A stretch of 64,000 bases of DNA from assembly GCA_964016885.1 (NCBI GenBank), contig OZ024743.1, positions 288,734,001 through 288,798,000 of the forward strand, given 5' to 3'. The stretch comes from Eledone cirrhosa (taxonomy: Eukaryota). This document shows, piece after piece, positions 49,092 to 62,821 of the stretch. Position 1 is the stretch's first letter. Every line of letters starts with the position of its first letter. The position numbers and the translations under genes are program-made. The notes below the pieces were generated by a model, which was not told the origin of the DNA, made no database searches, and was given only the letters and a program-made list of their open reading frames with translations.

Positions 49092-49745
49092 GTCTGTCTC
49101 AGGTAAATAGATATATGAATGTATGTATATGTATGTAGGTATACACAAACCGGTATACCTTCCCATATTTGCGCATATACATGTTTGCATAATACATATG
49201 AAAGTAGCATTCTGTCGATTACAACCACGAGTGTTCTTGCTATATAGCCGGCTATGAAATTAACATGCAACTGACTGAGCATCCCACAAGCACACGTACT
49301 CTTCACGTAGCTCCCAGGCAGATTCAGCGTGTCACAGAATGGGACAAGGCTAGAAGTTCGAATTACAGGTAAAACTCCCACGTGTGTGTATTTGGGGTGG
49401 GGGTGTTTGTGTGTATGTGTGTGTGTGTGTGTGTTTGTGTACATACGGATAAATAAAAAATATTAGTTGACCAAATGCCTAATCTGTATCGCGATATAGA
49501 AATATAGGTATTGATACGCCGAACGTATGCGATCATTTGAAACTTAACCCTTTTCATACGAAACCGTCTGAAACCACCGCTCATTTTATGATGCAACACT
49601 TTGCTTTAAATGTTTAATTTCTTCTTCTTCCCCCTTTTCGTAACCCTCTCCTTCTCCCCTACTTCCTCGTCGTCATCCTCCTCCTCTACTTCCTCGTCGT
49701 CACCCCCCCTCCTACTACTACTACCACCACCACGCCATCACCACC

Positions 49746-49821
<76 letters not shown>

Positions 49822-50696
49822 TCACCACCACCACCACCACCACCAAACACACATATATGACATACATGTCTATTTCTATAATAATAAGTGTAAAGGCGCG
49901 TGGCTTAATTGGTAGAATGTTCGAGTTAGCGGTCACATTCTCAGCGACGCTTTGTGCTCTAGAAGAAGACACTTTATTTCACGTTGCTGCGGCCCAGTTA
50001 GGTGGCATAAATGAGTCGTATCTGTAAATATAAGAGCCAGTTTTGTCATTCATCGTCATGCTTAAATCCCCCAAGAACTACGTTAAAGGTATAACTCTCT
50101 ATAGGATCTTCGTCCATTAGGTTAATATCACAAGCAGACTGTTCCTTTGTTCGAACAACAGGAACACCCCTAGTCGAAACCGACACATTTCTAGTTCACG
50201 TAATGCTACCGTTTAATATGTAATACATATTTTGGTAACTCTTGATGGTCTTTTGATCCCTGGATCTTAATCCACTTTCTTGTGGCGCCAAGTTGCCGAT
50301 AGTACAAAACACTCCTGCTTATCACAAGTGAAACCACAGCTACTTTCCTTAGCCACATGGAATGGAGTGTTTTGCTCAATTAAAAAACGTGGCGAGTGAT
50401 TATTTGTTTGGTGATGGAAAAGTAAATCGGAACAATGTCAAATTGAACGAATCTATAATTACTTGCTGCTAATATTAATGTAGCAAATGTTACAGGATTG
50501 TAGGTTTCCTGATTGTAATTGACTTGTTATATGCGTTTACAAGATATGTTTATTATTAAATCCGATTTCACACTTCACTGACTTAATTAACCACCTGCGC
50601 TAATCTGTCTCAAATCCACAAATGCAATCTTTGCCTATTCGGGGGAAAATTTGGCCATTGTTGATATGCCCATATTTTATAAATTATAATTAATAA

Positions 50697-50885
50697 CGGT
50701 TGTTTAGCAGTATCCCTAGAGGGTCGGAGGCCTTGTTTTGCAGCATAGACTTATGCCCCTTTACGGTCTGAGTTCAAATCTCACCGAGGTTAACTTTGCC
50801 TTTCATCCTTACGGGGTCGATAAAATAAATCATCAGTAATGCATTTGGGGTACCTGCTGGCCTTGTGTCAAAAGTAGAAACAATT
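50697..50885 (+). mobile_element. tRNA-derived SINE
   Basis: Family match. ATTATAATTAATAAC is duplicated on both flanks. Confidence 0.9.
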
Positions 50886-50984
50886 AATTATAATTAATAA
50901 CAACACAAAATTGACAAGGGAATTTAAAGAAGGCATAAAATAATAATTTGATTTATTTCTAATATTTTGGACTTATCTCTGCTT

Positions 50985-51382
50985 CATACTTCATAGCCCT
51001 GGTTCGGCTGCACTTCGGGCTGAAGGGGTTGAACTCTCTAAGTATCGGTCGTTCTCCGACAGGTTTGTAATCAAGCCCCTAGCAGTGGAGAATTCTGGTG
51101 TTCTTGGCCCTAGGGCTACCTCCCTACTTACCACTTATAGGTGCTGAGCTGGCTAGCCGCAGGTGTGAGCCTCGCGAGATGGAATGGCTCTTCCAGCACA
51201 TCTCCCTTACCATCATCCGGGGAAATGTCTACTCCATTCTGTCCGCCGAGGCCGTAGGAAAACCAGCACGTGGGACCCCATTTACTCATAACAGAGAGAG
51301 GTGGGAAGGACGACAGAGATGGAGGCGATGTGGGAGTTCATCTCTTCTGTGTTTGGACCTTGTGTGCAGCGTCAGTTGTCCG

Positions 51383-51384
<2 letters not shown>
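50985..51384 (+). pseudogene. CRE-clade restriction-like endonuclease C-terminus and 3' end
   Basis: PGSAALRAE..KYRSFSDRFVIKPLAVENSGVLGPRA, then after a frameshift IGAELASRRCEPREMEWLFQHISLTIIRGNVYSIL. Abuts (TA)n. Confidence 0.75.
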
Positions 51385-51458
<74 letters not shown>

Positions 51459-51868
51459 GCATATATTTTGATTATGTGAATATCCTTCATTTGTTAATAA
51501 TTTGAATAATATTAAAAACTCCGGGAAAAGTCACTGTTGAGTGCTTTTAATCTATTGTAAAATTGTATTCATTGAGTAATCAACGAACCATATTAATCTT
51601 TGGTTATATATATATTTATTTATATATATATATATTTATATATTTCGTTTCTGAATTTATTTAGCAAGATTCTTTATCTGAAAACGTGTGTTGGAACCGA
51701 TATTGTTATACTTTGGGAGGGTCATGTTGCCAATAAAAAACACACGCACCGGTTGCTTTGTATTACACCGGATGTAACACATGTGCAAACTAAGCACACA
51801 ACACACACAAAAACAAGATGGCGTAGGACAGAACAAAGGAGAGGTACAAAAACAAAGAAAATAATCCC

Positions 51869-51915
51869 TTGTCACTGAAGAGGTCACAGAATGTGTGACG
51901 AAAGAACTTTGACAA
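51869..51915 (+). ncRNA. Type I hammerhead-like motif inside an inverted-repeat-bounded unit (51700-52068)
   Basis: Stem I TTGTCA/TGACAA, core CTGAAGA, stem II GTCAC/GTGAC (one extra G), GAAA, 2-bp stem III, triplet CUU. Confidence 0.65.
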
Positions 51916-52066
51916 TTTATAAACAATCATCTGGTTGTGGAACCAACCAACCAACCGGAAATTTATAAATTCCTAAATTTATAAATTTATTATAATAAAT
52001 TGAAGTGAAAGCAACTGGTGCGTGTGTTTCTTATTGGCAACATGACCCTCCCAAAGTATAACAATA

Positions 52067-52122
<56 letters not shown>

Positions 52123-52127
<5 letters not shown>

Positions 52128-52529
52128 ACAGGGAGAAAGAGACGTTTATGAGGAAGAAAAAAATATTTTTTTCCTATTTTTGTCTCTCTCTCTCTTTTTT
52201 CTGGGTTAGAAAATGATTAAAACGAAATGTTTTACTTTGTATTAGTTGATTTATTTATTATTTAACAATGGCATTTATTTATCTATTTATATATTTAATT
52301 ATTGTCTATTACCGGTTTCTGCATTTATATGCATTATCAAATGATAGTGAAATGTATTAGTGTGGTGTTGCACATGTTAAAGAGAAGGTGCAGAAAGAAT
52401 AATGTTATATACAAACAACAGAGAGAGACAAAAATAGGGAAAACAAATTTTTCTTCCTCATAATCGTCTTTTTCTCCCTGTTTTCATATATATATATATC
52501 CTAACTCGTGTGCCTCCTCTCCACATTTT

Positions 52530-52561
<32 letters not shown>

Positions 52562-55500
52562 TGAATGAAAATATAGAAATTATTGTGAGCAGTATTTCCT
52601 AATATATAAGTGACTATAACGTCAAAATGGAAAATAATTAACGTAAGATGTGGGAAAATATTTCAAACTCAATTTAAAAAAAATCATGACAGAGATTTTA
52701 TCCACAGATTTTGTGAAATCAGGGAAAAAACCAACATAGTCTTAACTCAGAATAAAATAAAGTCTAAATACTCATCCTTCAATTTGGAAAAACTACAAAT
52801 GCCCTATATAGTCTTAAAAAGACTATTTCACGAAACTTTTCAGTGGGAATGGTCACGGTTGTCATCGTTCCTCAGTAGAGCTCAAACTCGATAACCCTAG
52901 GTACTGTGCCAAAATATGCCAAAAAGGGAATTTAAAAGCAGGCTAGTTCACCTCGTGCGGAAGTATGAAATAAACACACATGGAGAGACATGGCTGGTGA
53001 CGTCAGAATGAGACGAATGTCTATTTATAAGAAACAGCAGTCAAAAACATTCCGAAAAAACTCTACAAATGTTAGGAGTTCAGCAAAATAGCAATATTAT
53101 CGCGGTTTAAATAAAAAAAGACCAGGATTAGTCACAAATAATTTTAAGCACTCTAGGAAAAATTCCGTAAATGAAAATATAGAAATTATTGTGAGCAAGA
53201 AGCCAACAGTATTTCATAATATATAAGTGACTATGAGGTCAAAATAGAAAATAATTAACGTAAGATGTGGGAAAATAATTCAAACTCAATTAAAAAAAAA
53301 TCAAGACAGAGATTTTATCCACAGATTTTGTGAAATCAGGAAAAAACCAATTGAGTCTTAACTCAGAATAAAATAAAGTTTAAATACTCATCCTTCAATT
53401 TGGTATGAAAACAGGGAGAAAGAGACGATTATGAGGAAGAAAAAAATATTTTTTTCCTTTTTTATTTCTTTCTCTTTTTTTTCTGGGTTAGAAAATGATT
53501 AAAACCAAATGTTTTACTTTGTGTGAAGTGTTAAGGTATTAGTTGATTTATTTATTATTTAACAATGGCATTTATTTATCTATTTATATATTTAATTATT
53601 GTCTATTACCGGTTTCAGCATTTTTATGCATTATCAAATGATAGGGATATGTATTAGTGTGGTGTCGCACATGTTAAAGAGAAGGTGCAGAAAGAATAAT
53701 GTTACTTACAAACAAGGTTTATGAAGTGAAAAGAAAAAAGAAAAAAAACGGGCGTAATGTAGAGCATAAAAAGTCAATGTGAAAGAAAAAATAATGTTAT
53801 TTACAGGCATAGTTCATGAAGTTAAGCAGATCAAAATGTGTTAATATAGCAAGAGTGCTTAGTTGATCCATGATTCCATGATGGAGGCAAATGGTGGACT
53901 GAGGTTTGATATGATTTCCCTTTTTAGAGAGTTAATATGCAGGGTGAAGCAATTCTTGCTGGATGATATTTAATTTATTTAAGAAAAAGGATTAGGTAGA
54001 AGAGGCTGGTTCTGCTTTTCAAATTGGTGATGTAGTTGTATTCCTTGTCTGTAAGGTCTTCTTTTTAAAGGGTTGTAAGGGATTTTAGGTTTCTCAGTAT
54101 TTTCTGTTGTGTGTAGTGTTGGGCCTTTTCATAATATGTTTGGTTTTCTAGAATTGAGAGTACTAGAGTTGTGTAATAATCTGTCTCCATAAGGACTACT
54201 GCACTCCCTTTATCTGCCTCTTTGATTGTTAGGGTTTTGTCGTTTTTTAGACTGTTAAGACCATTCCATTCCTTTTTGCTTAGGTTTGGTTTTCTTTTAT
54301 GTCTGTATAGGTGGCAGTATGGGTAATTAGTAATGTGTTCGCAGAATTGACCGAGGAATTTGTTCTTGCCTTTTGGTGGGGTGTAGTTGCTTCTATTTCT
54401 GGCTATTGAGTCATCCTCATTTTATTTGTCGTATAGTTGTTCGCTGAGTCTTAGTTTTCTACAGAATTCTGCAATATCTTCCTTCATTTCGGGGTAGTTT
54501 GGTTGTTGGGGAGTTGGTGTAAATTTTAGACCTTTGGAGAGTATGTTGATTTGGTCTATTGTTAATTCTTTAGAGCTTAAATTAAGAATTTTTATTGCAT
54601 TTTGTGTCTCCTGTGTGTTTTGTGTTATCTTGTAATCCTGTGTCTGTGTGCTGTGTCTAAAAAGTGATTACGGAAGTTGTGATGGCTGTTGAAGTTTGGA
54701 TGTCTCTTATAGTTGTATTGGCCCCTGCTGTTGTTGTAAGATGGAGTGTAGCTGTGGTAGTTGTTGAGTTTAGGTTGTATCGTGTGGTTGTATTGAGCCC
54801 TGCTGATGTTGTAGGGTGTGTAGATTTGATGGACGTGGTTATAGGGTGTGAAGTTGTGGTGGTTGTTGAAGTTGGGTTGTAACGTGGGGTTGTGTTGAGC
54901 ACTGCTGTTGTTGTATGGTGTGTAGACTTGGTGGTAGTTGTAGTAGGGTTGTCTTGTGTGGTTATATTGAGTCCTGTTGTTGCTGTTATATGGTGTGTAG
55001 CTATGGCGGCTGTAATGGTTAGGGTGTCTCGTGGGGTTGTATTGTTCCCTGCTGGTGTTGTTGTAGTAGGATGTGGTTAGTGGGGGAGGGTAGATTAGGG
55101 TTTCCTTATAGCTGGTGTGTGGTAGTGTGACGTGTGTTGTAGTTGTATATTTTGGGTTCTCTGTTGGAAGTAATGATAGTTGTAGGTTTGTTGTGTGGGG
55201 ATATTATTTTAATTTCCCGCCAATGGGTTTTTCTCTAAGCAGCTTCTTTAAACAGGCCTCATCGTTATGAGGTCACCTGATTCTGCTACTGTCTAATATT
55301 GCTGTTCTTAACATTATGATATGCCATGTCGACTGTACCAGTCACTCGGATAAATCTCTCCTTTGGAGTTGGACTGAACTTCTGCTAATGAAGCGTTACA
55401 TAATATTTAGAAATATTGCATGACTTCTCTGAGTATCACTTGCTGATGCAACCATTGCACAGGGAACGTAATGTTGAAACTCTACCATCCGCGTGCATAT

Positions 55501-55640
55501 ATTAAACCCACACGAAGCCTTTGTATTTACCAGGTCTGAATTATAAGTTCGTATTTACAATATATGATTCTTGTAAAATCATTCAGTGACTAGATAACGA
55601 GCGGATCTGTACGGATTATATACGATGAACTTGGTTGACC
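52123..55640 (-). mobile_element. Rearranged, internally deleted Penelope-like element with repeated pLTR-like segments
   Basis: 53990-54590 (minus) encodes NLSSKELTIDQINILSKGLKFTPTP..FCRKLRL..NLSKKEW..TIKEADKGSAVVLM, the PLE N-terminal region. Repeats: 52123-52415 = 53405-53715, inverted copy 52440-52487, 52563-52786 = 53170-53403. Confidence 0.82.
52305..52347 (-). ncRNA. Hammerhead variant with U3:A8 core; second copy at 53603-53644
   Basis: Minus strand: TTGATAA-TGCAT-ATAA-ATGCA-GAAA-CCGG-TA-ATAG, with palindromic stem III ACCGGT. Confidence 0.65.
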
Positions 55641-55657
55641 TATATATATATATAAAA

Positions 55658-55689
<32 letters not shown>

Positions 55690-56432
55690 TCAGGTTATCA
55701 ATAATGTAGTGATAATATATCGTTACGTTAGAGATGAACAGCGTACGTGTAGGTTTGTTCAACGAGTATAAATTATATTCCGGAGAAAATGTAGAAAGGA
55801 TGAATATAAAATGAAAGTGCTTTTTTTAAAAAGGAATTTATTAGGTATTGACATATGTTTCTGTAACAGACGGAATACCTATGTATCGCTGCTTGCGTAA
55901 TCATATAATGTTAGCAAGTATTCGATAGCAAATGTATAATCAGTTATCACTTCTTCAGAGATTTTGGATAAATTGGATAAAATCAGAAAAAATTGAAGTA
56001 TTATAGGAAGAAGAGAGGGGATAGTATATGACAGATGGTAATTCAATTTACTGCTAAACAAGTATATAAAGGATTTCTAATGAGAATACCATGAGTAAAT
56101 GGTTCATTTTATCTAAATAAAAATTTTTGGGAGTGCCAATTTTAATCTCTACTTGACCAATTGGACAGTGGACAGGGCTGGTCATTTGGTGTAGTAGTAT
56201 TAATTATAAAGTGTCAATTAGGGAAGGGGGAGATTTCGATTGCTACTGAATAACATCAATGCTAGTAGCCAGCTGGTATATGCATTAGGGAATTGAATTA
56301 AGAAATCAGAAATCTCATTTTATCTATAGCAGTTTATATTAAATGGTAAATAATAGAAGAGTTGATAGAATTAAGACTAATAAAGAATGTTAATATCTAT
56401 TTTGACAACCAAACGGAGATAGAGACGGGCGT

Positions 56433-56812
56433 TCAATCCTGGTGGTATTTATAATATGAAAATGTAGATTTTAAGCGATGGTTACAGTATAACGATCGCT
56501 CTATTCTGTTATTTAATAAAATGTTTTGGGATTTCATAATACAAAATAATTCTACATTACATAATTTACAAAATTCCTGTCCGTGGGAATATGGGGGGGG
56601 GGGGGGGGAGTCCGCTATTATATCCCATTTAAGGTGAAATTGTTGGTTATTTTCACGCAGCTGCCGCCAAGCCTTGTCTGCGAGTGTTGTTACATAACGC
56701 TGGTTTTCATGTTTTATCGAGTAACGATGTCTATAAAGGCGTGATTTGAAGGAGGTGGCTGTAGATCCCACATAGTACCACTTCTGTCTATCCGATTCGA
56801 TAGTACATTTGT
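56433..56812 (-). pseudogene. GIY-YIG endonuclease C-terminus of a 5'-truncated PLE; 3' UTR/pLTR extends to ~55700
   Basis: (IY)KCTI..YYVGST..FKSRLYRHRYS..TTLA..W..LKWDII..PY..CKLCNVE..LLNNRIE..CNH. The truncation merges into (TA)n at the IY codons. Confidence 0.85.
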
Positions 56813-57040
56813 ATATATATATATATTTATATATATATATATACATATATATATTTATATATATATATAACGAAGGAATTGTGGTAAGGAACCAGATGGA
56901 ACATAACGCACTGAAGTACTCAATACTTAGTGTAGTAGAGTGGGTAATAGGAACAAGTATGACCCGACAACAGAGCTCAAGCCGTTTCTACGGCTATTTC
57001 TGGAAATATATACATATATATATAAATATATATATATATA

Positions 57041-57132
<92 letters not shown>

Positions 57133-57356
57133 AATACATTAACAGAGAAAGCTTTAAGCAATACTCCGACCGACTTCCGTCTCACTCAACAAACAATAGG
57201 ATATACCTTAGTATAATCCCACTTATACGTTTGGGGTGCTAACTATACGTATTTTGCGGATAGCCAGTTGTATTATTTTATATGAGACATAATTAAATAC
57301 ATCCCTCTTTCCAAACGATCGTTTCATTATAAGTTTTCAACAAGTTGGGAAAATAA

Positions 57357-57530
57357 TTGTCTCTACTTTAGGCACAAGGCCAGCAATTACCCAGTGCATT
57401 ACAGGTACTTTATTTTATCGACCCCGTAAGGATGAAAGGCAAAGTAAACCTCGGCGGGATTTGAACTCAGACCTTAAAGGGACGTAACTATGCTGGAAAG
57501 CATGGCGTCCGACTCTCTACCGATACTGCC
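57357..57530 (-). mobile_element. SINE inserted in one repeat copy, 9-bp TSD GGAAAATAA
   Basis: TSD at 57348-57356 and 57531-57539. The empty site is present in the second copy at ~58250. Confidence 0.95.
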
Positions 57531-58210
57531 GGAAAATAACGTCCAGGTTATGCAAAAGCCTACACATAGTCTATAGGAATATATGCAGTTGGGCACTTAT
57601 AAATCATCAGAGGATGCCCAACAATATCGATATAAAAAAAAAACCTACCGATATTAACATTCAGCGATGGTAACTGTCAGTGTTAGAGTGACTGTCAAAT
57701 TTGAAATTCCAGCAGTCTCACAAAGAGAAATCTCACACCGACACCAAGCGGGAAGGGGAGGTCATCGCAAAACATAAAAAGATAAAATAATATGCACGCA
57801 GGTCAATTAATTCTGTCACGAATTTTAACCATGCGTGAAGAACTCAATTGAGTATAAAAAAATAAATATATGCATGTATTATTTATACATGCATATAGCT
57901 ATTTTCTCAGGCTAAAAACAGAGACAAGATATTGGAAAAACAATCAATATTTCATACAAAGAATAAATAAAGAAAGTCATACCTAAAAATATCTGGAAAC
58001 TTTCATCTCTGGCCAATTCAAGAGTATAATATTTAATACATTAACAGAGAAAGCTTTAAGTAATACTCCGACCGACTTCCGTCTCACTCAACAAACAATA
58101 GGATATACCTTAGTATAATCCCAATTATACGTTTGGGGGTCTAACTATACGTATTTTGCGGATAGCCAGTTGTATTATGTTATATGAGACATAATTAAAA
58201 ACATCCCTCT

Positions 58211-58334
58211 TTCCAAACGATCGTTTCATTATAAGTTTTCTACAAGTTGGGAAAATAATGTCCAGGTTATGTAGAAGCCTACACATAGTCCATAGGAATA
58301 TATGCAGGTGGGCACTTATAAATCATCAGAGGAT
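58211..58334 (-). ncRNA. Hammerhead motif with long stem II
   Basis: Minus strand: CTGATGA, stem II TTATAAGT/ACTTATAA (U.U closure), GAAA, palindromic stem III ACGATCGT, triplet GUU. Stem I is weak. Confidence 0.65.
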
Positions 58335-58416
58335 GCCCAACAATATCGATATAAAAAAACCTACCGATATTAAAATTCAGCGATGATACCCGTCAGTGTT
58401 AGAGTGACGGCCAAAT

Positions 58417-58545
<129 letters not shown>

Positions 58546-58677
58546 AACAATAGCCGTCGAAACAGCTTGAGCTCTGCCGTCGGGGTCATACTTGTTCCTA
58601 TTACCCACTCTACTACCCTAAGTATTGAGTACTTTGGTGCGTTATGGTCCATCTGTTTCCTTACCACAATTCCGTCG

Positions 58678-58757
<80 letters not shown>

Positions 58758-58801
58758 AATATTAATAAATGAGAAATATTTTCACATAACCAAAGTATAT
58801 A

Positions 58802-58863
58802 TTTTATTATATATATATTTCAAGGGTATAGTATTTTTTTGAGTACGCTTTCATCAGATAAAA
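58802..58863 (-). ncRNA. Type I hammerhead motif, homolog of 36101-36162
   Basis: Minus strand: TTTTAT-CTGATGA-AAG-C-GTA...TAC-C-CTT-GAAA-TATATATAT-A-ATAAAA. Confidence 0.82.
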
Positions 58864-59420
58864 CACAAGAAATTGGTTATTCGACATACTACTATGGTCT
58901 TGATCCTTCCATCCCTATAGTGGCAGTCACTATGTCGAGTGCTTCTAATCTGTTGTAAAAATGAATTCGTTGAATAATCAACGAACCATATAAACTTTTG
59001 GTTATATATATGTATATATATATATATATAAATGGAATAGAATGAAACGAAATTTCATTTCTCACTCTTAGTACGGCACTTACTTAGATGTAAGTATGTA
59101 TGTATGTATACGTACATACATATATGTATACAGACGTACAGTAGTATGTATATATATACATACATGCACACATATATATATATATATGCACGTATCGGTT
59201 TACCGAACATTTATTATGATGCTCGGTTTGTATATATATATATATATATATAAAGAATTTGTATATCTACCAACATATATATACAGATGCATACCTATGC
59301 TAGCAAATATATAGGTTATGTCTTAGTAACTTTGTGGTTCAATGCAAGGGGATGCAGAACAATTATATGAAAGACGTAAAATAAGAAAATTATAAAAATT
59401 AACTTACTTACTAAAATTTC

Positions 59421-59503
59421 ACTCCAACTAATTAGTTTCTGAAAGGGAATAAATATGGTTTCCAAATGGAGAGCATGGAGAAGCCGTTTCGTCATCAGGA
59501 AGT
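59421..59503 (-). ncRNA. Hammerhead motif between ~155-bp direct repeats (59260-59414 / 59790-59944)
   Basis: Minus strand: stem I ACTTC/GGAGT, core CTGATGA, stem II GAAA/TTTC, GAAA, palindromic stem III ACTAATTAGT, triplet GUU. Confidence 0.7.
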
Positions 59504-60298
59504 CTGTTTTCAGCTAAGTTACCAGGCGATGCGTGGACACAGGGAACTTATACAAAAATAATTCAGTAGATGGAAAAAAGCAAGCGTGGGCTAAATTCCA
59601 AGACATTGAAAAAATTACTGCCTACTTGGTCGGTGGCAAATTCAAAAGAATCAATCACGTGACATCGAGGTTAATCAGTGAGGAGTGGGGAGTTAAAAAG
59701 ACAGTTGCCGTGCCATTACTATAAACTACAGTAGCAGTTTTGGCAAATTTTTGCTCAACAAAATAATTTGGAGGTAATTATAAATAATTAGTATATCTAC
59801 CAACATATATATACAGATGCATACCTATGCTAGCAAATATATAGGTTTTGTCTTAGTAACTTTGTGGTTCAATGCAAGGGGATGCAGAACAATTATATGA
59901 AAGACGAAAAATAAGAAAATTATAAAAATTAACTTACTTACTAAGTAATATATATATATATATATAATAAATCAAGAAAGAAGAGTGACATGATTTGCTA
60001 TACAATAAGGGCTTTATTCACATTGCTGACAATTTTTTCTCTGAACTGGTAGGTCTAGAGATCGCTACCCGCCTGTTTTTGCGTCAATCGATCACCAATA
60101 CTTTGTTATAACCAGTCAATTCATGTCACTCTTCTTTCTTGATTTATTATTCCTCCAAGTGTAAACTACATACAAATCACCGCGCACTCGCAGCATCACT
60201 ATGGAAAAGTCTTGTGAGTCAAACTTAGACAAGCGTTAATACTATCCATTACTCGGAGGACCCTAACTGGACTACCTATAACAATAATTTGTTATCCC

Positions 60299-60371
<73 letters not shown>

Positions 60372-60564
60372 CATGATTGGAATATCAATTGGTTTTAACA
60401 ATTAAATATTTAGATTATCAATATCTATCTTACAATCCTGTCTACAGGTTTATTTACGTATATTACTATATGGTTATGTTCATAATATAATACATGTACC
60501 TATATATATATATATACACATACACACATATATATATCAGAAATATATATGTGTACACACACAT

Positions 60565-60628
<64 letters not shown>

Positions 60629-60833
60629 GATTAGTCCGATTATGTATACTGTTGTTGAAATCGTGTATAACATTACCATTACGTTGTTTGAATATGGGTG
60701 TGTATCTCATATATTAAACTCAATGTCATTTACCAGAGTCATGTTTTACGGTAAATTATTATTATAAACGAAGAAATGTAGAACTCTCCTTAAATGAAGT
60801 CATACAGTATATATATATATGTATATATTTATA

Positions 60834-60960
<127 letters not shown>

Positions 60961-61602
60961 TTATATTCATATATTTTTTTTAATGTATATATATATATGT
61001 ATATATATGTTCGTATATATATATATATATATAATAATAAATATATATATATATATTTATATACTTACGTCACTGACATATTGTATTCACTTCATTGCTG
61101 GCCTTGTGCCAAAAGTAGAAACAATTATTTTTTATTTGCCACATCTCGAAGGTTTTATACATAATTGTTAACACACAAATGAAAGAATTTAATACACCTA
61201 CATACTTATCAGTGAATTTCAGGTATTAAATTACCAATTGTATAAAGAACATTCTAATCATATCACCTATTTTCTGACTAAAATATGTGGTACAACAATT
61301 TCACCAATACACCTCTCTATACTGATAGTATATTTATCCACTCTTAGATGAGTAAGGTATATTTAATCTCACGTAATTTATAGTCATTACAGAGAGACAG
61401 ACTTCCATATTAATGTCTATCCTATAATCTTTGAGAATATATTTGTTGAAATCCATCACATCGCCTTTACCTACTCCAGAATTTCTCAAGCGTTTTCTAA
61501 TTCCACAATTGGATGAAAATATTACCGAGCCTACAAGCGTAACGCAACATTATTAGCAATACACAGTGTTAAAATCATCCATACCACTACGGAACCCGAG
61601 AA

Positions 61603-61795
61603 TACGAGGGTCGGCTGAAAAGTTCATAAGCTGATTATGAAGGAGTGATGTTAGAGCCGTGATATCTTGCATGCACCAATTTCAACTCCTCTCATTAATA
61701 AGTGCAGCGTTTCTTTCCAGAGACTATGTTGAAAAATAAACCTCATTTGGCCATTCCATGAGAGTATCTTGCTCACCTTATGAACCTTTCAACCT
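61603..61795. mobile_element. Short mariner-derived MITE-like remnant
   Basis: TA-CGAGGGTCGGCTGAAAAGTTCATAAG resembles the 32853 end. A partial inverse, CCTTATGAACCTTTCAACC, lies at 61776-61794. Confidence 0.6.
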
Positions 61796-61800
61796 ATGAA

Positions 61801-61865
61801 CAGTAGATCAGAAATTCTCAACCTGAGCTGCTTATCAACTCAGGTTGAGAATTTCTGATCTACTG
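61801..61865. repeat. Perfect hairpin, 27-bp arms with 11-nt loop
   Basis: CAGTAGATCAGAAATTCTCAACCTGAG / CTCAGGTTGAGAATTTCTGATCTACTG. Confidence 0.92.
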
Positions 61866-62821
61866 GAAGATTTCGAACATGAAAGCCAAACTTATCTCGT
61901 CTTTGATATATTCAGAAGTTTAACCTTTGAAGTTCACTTGCAACGGCCATTTCCTATGAAGTTGGGGCTTCTCTATACAGCAGAGAGCGTTATAACGCCC
62001 GAGAAAATGCTTTGTGATATCTACTCCGACTGTTTCTGATTTCAAATCTCGAGGACCACTTTGTCTTTCATCCTTCCAGTCTCGAAGAATAAAGTAACTA
62101 TCTAGGTCGGTAGACTTGTGGAATCGTTAATGTTGGATGGTGTGTCCTGCAGCCTTTGTTCTCTCACCTTGCGTTTTTACTTTACATCTCCATGTGACCT
62201 ACTTGTGTGGTAGCCTTCATCTGTCATCATCTAGTAATTTGGTTACGTTTATCGAAGTCCGCCATGATGGAAGCAATCTTGGTAGGTCACTGATTACGAG
62301 TTTCTTCATCCCTACTCCATTTACCCAGTCTTGGGAACCCTAAAACCTCCATGAGTATTGACCTGTCCCACGGGCTAAGCAATAAACCATCTATGTCTAA
62401 CAATATCAAGAAGAAAAAGTAAATGGAGACTAGATACAAACAAGACAATAAGTGAATGAATGGGTGGTGCAAAGGAATACAAGACAACTAGCACACCACC
62501 AACAACTCTAACATAACCAACATCATCAGCAGAATCACCATGAACACAGGCAAGACCACCAATATCTTGACAAACGCCACCAACAAATTAACAACAATAC
62601 TGTCAGCACAACCATCATCACTATCACCCAGCAGAACCAATAGGTCTACTATTACTATCCCCACAACTCGTAGCAGCATCATCCGCTACATAACCCTTAG
62701 CAACACCAGCACCAGGTGCAGTATCAACAACACATCCACCACAACCAGCACTACCTCTACCAACAGCAACAACAGTAGCAGCAGCAAAACCACCACCACC
62801 AGTTTGTTAAAATACCATAAT

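Noticed and set aside
54600-55100. Thr-rich ORFs as a mucin-like host gene
   Set aside because: They lie directly upstream of, and on the same strand as, the PLE N-terminal domain and are interrupted by stops. They are more likely part of the element.
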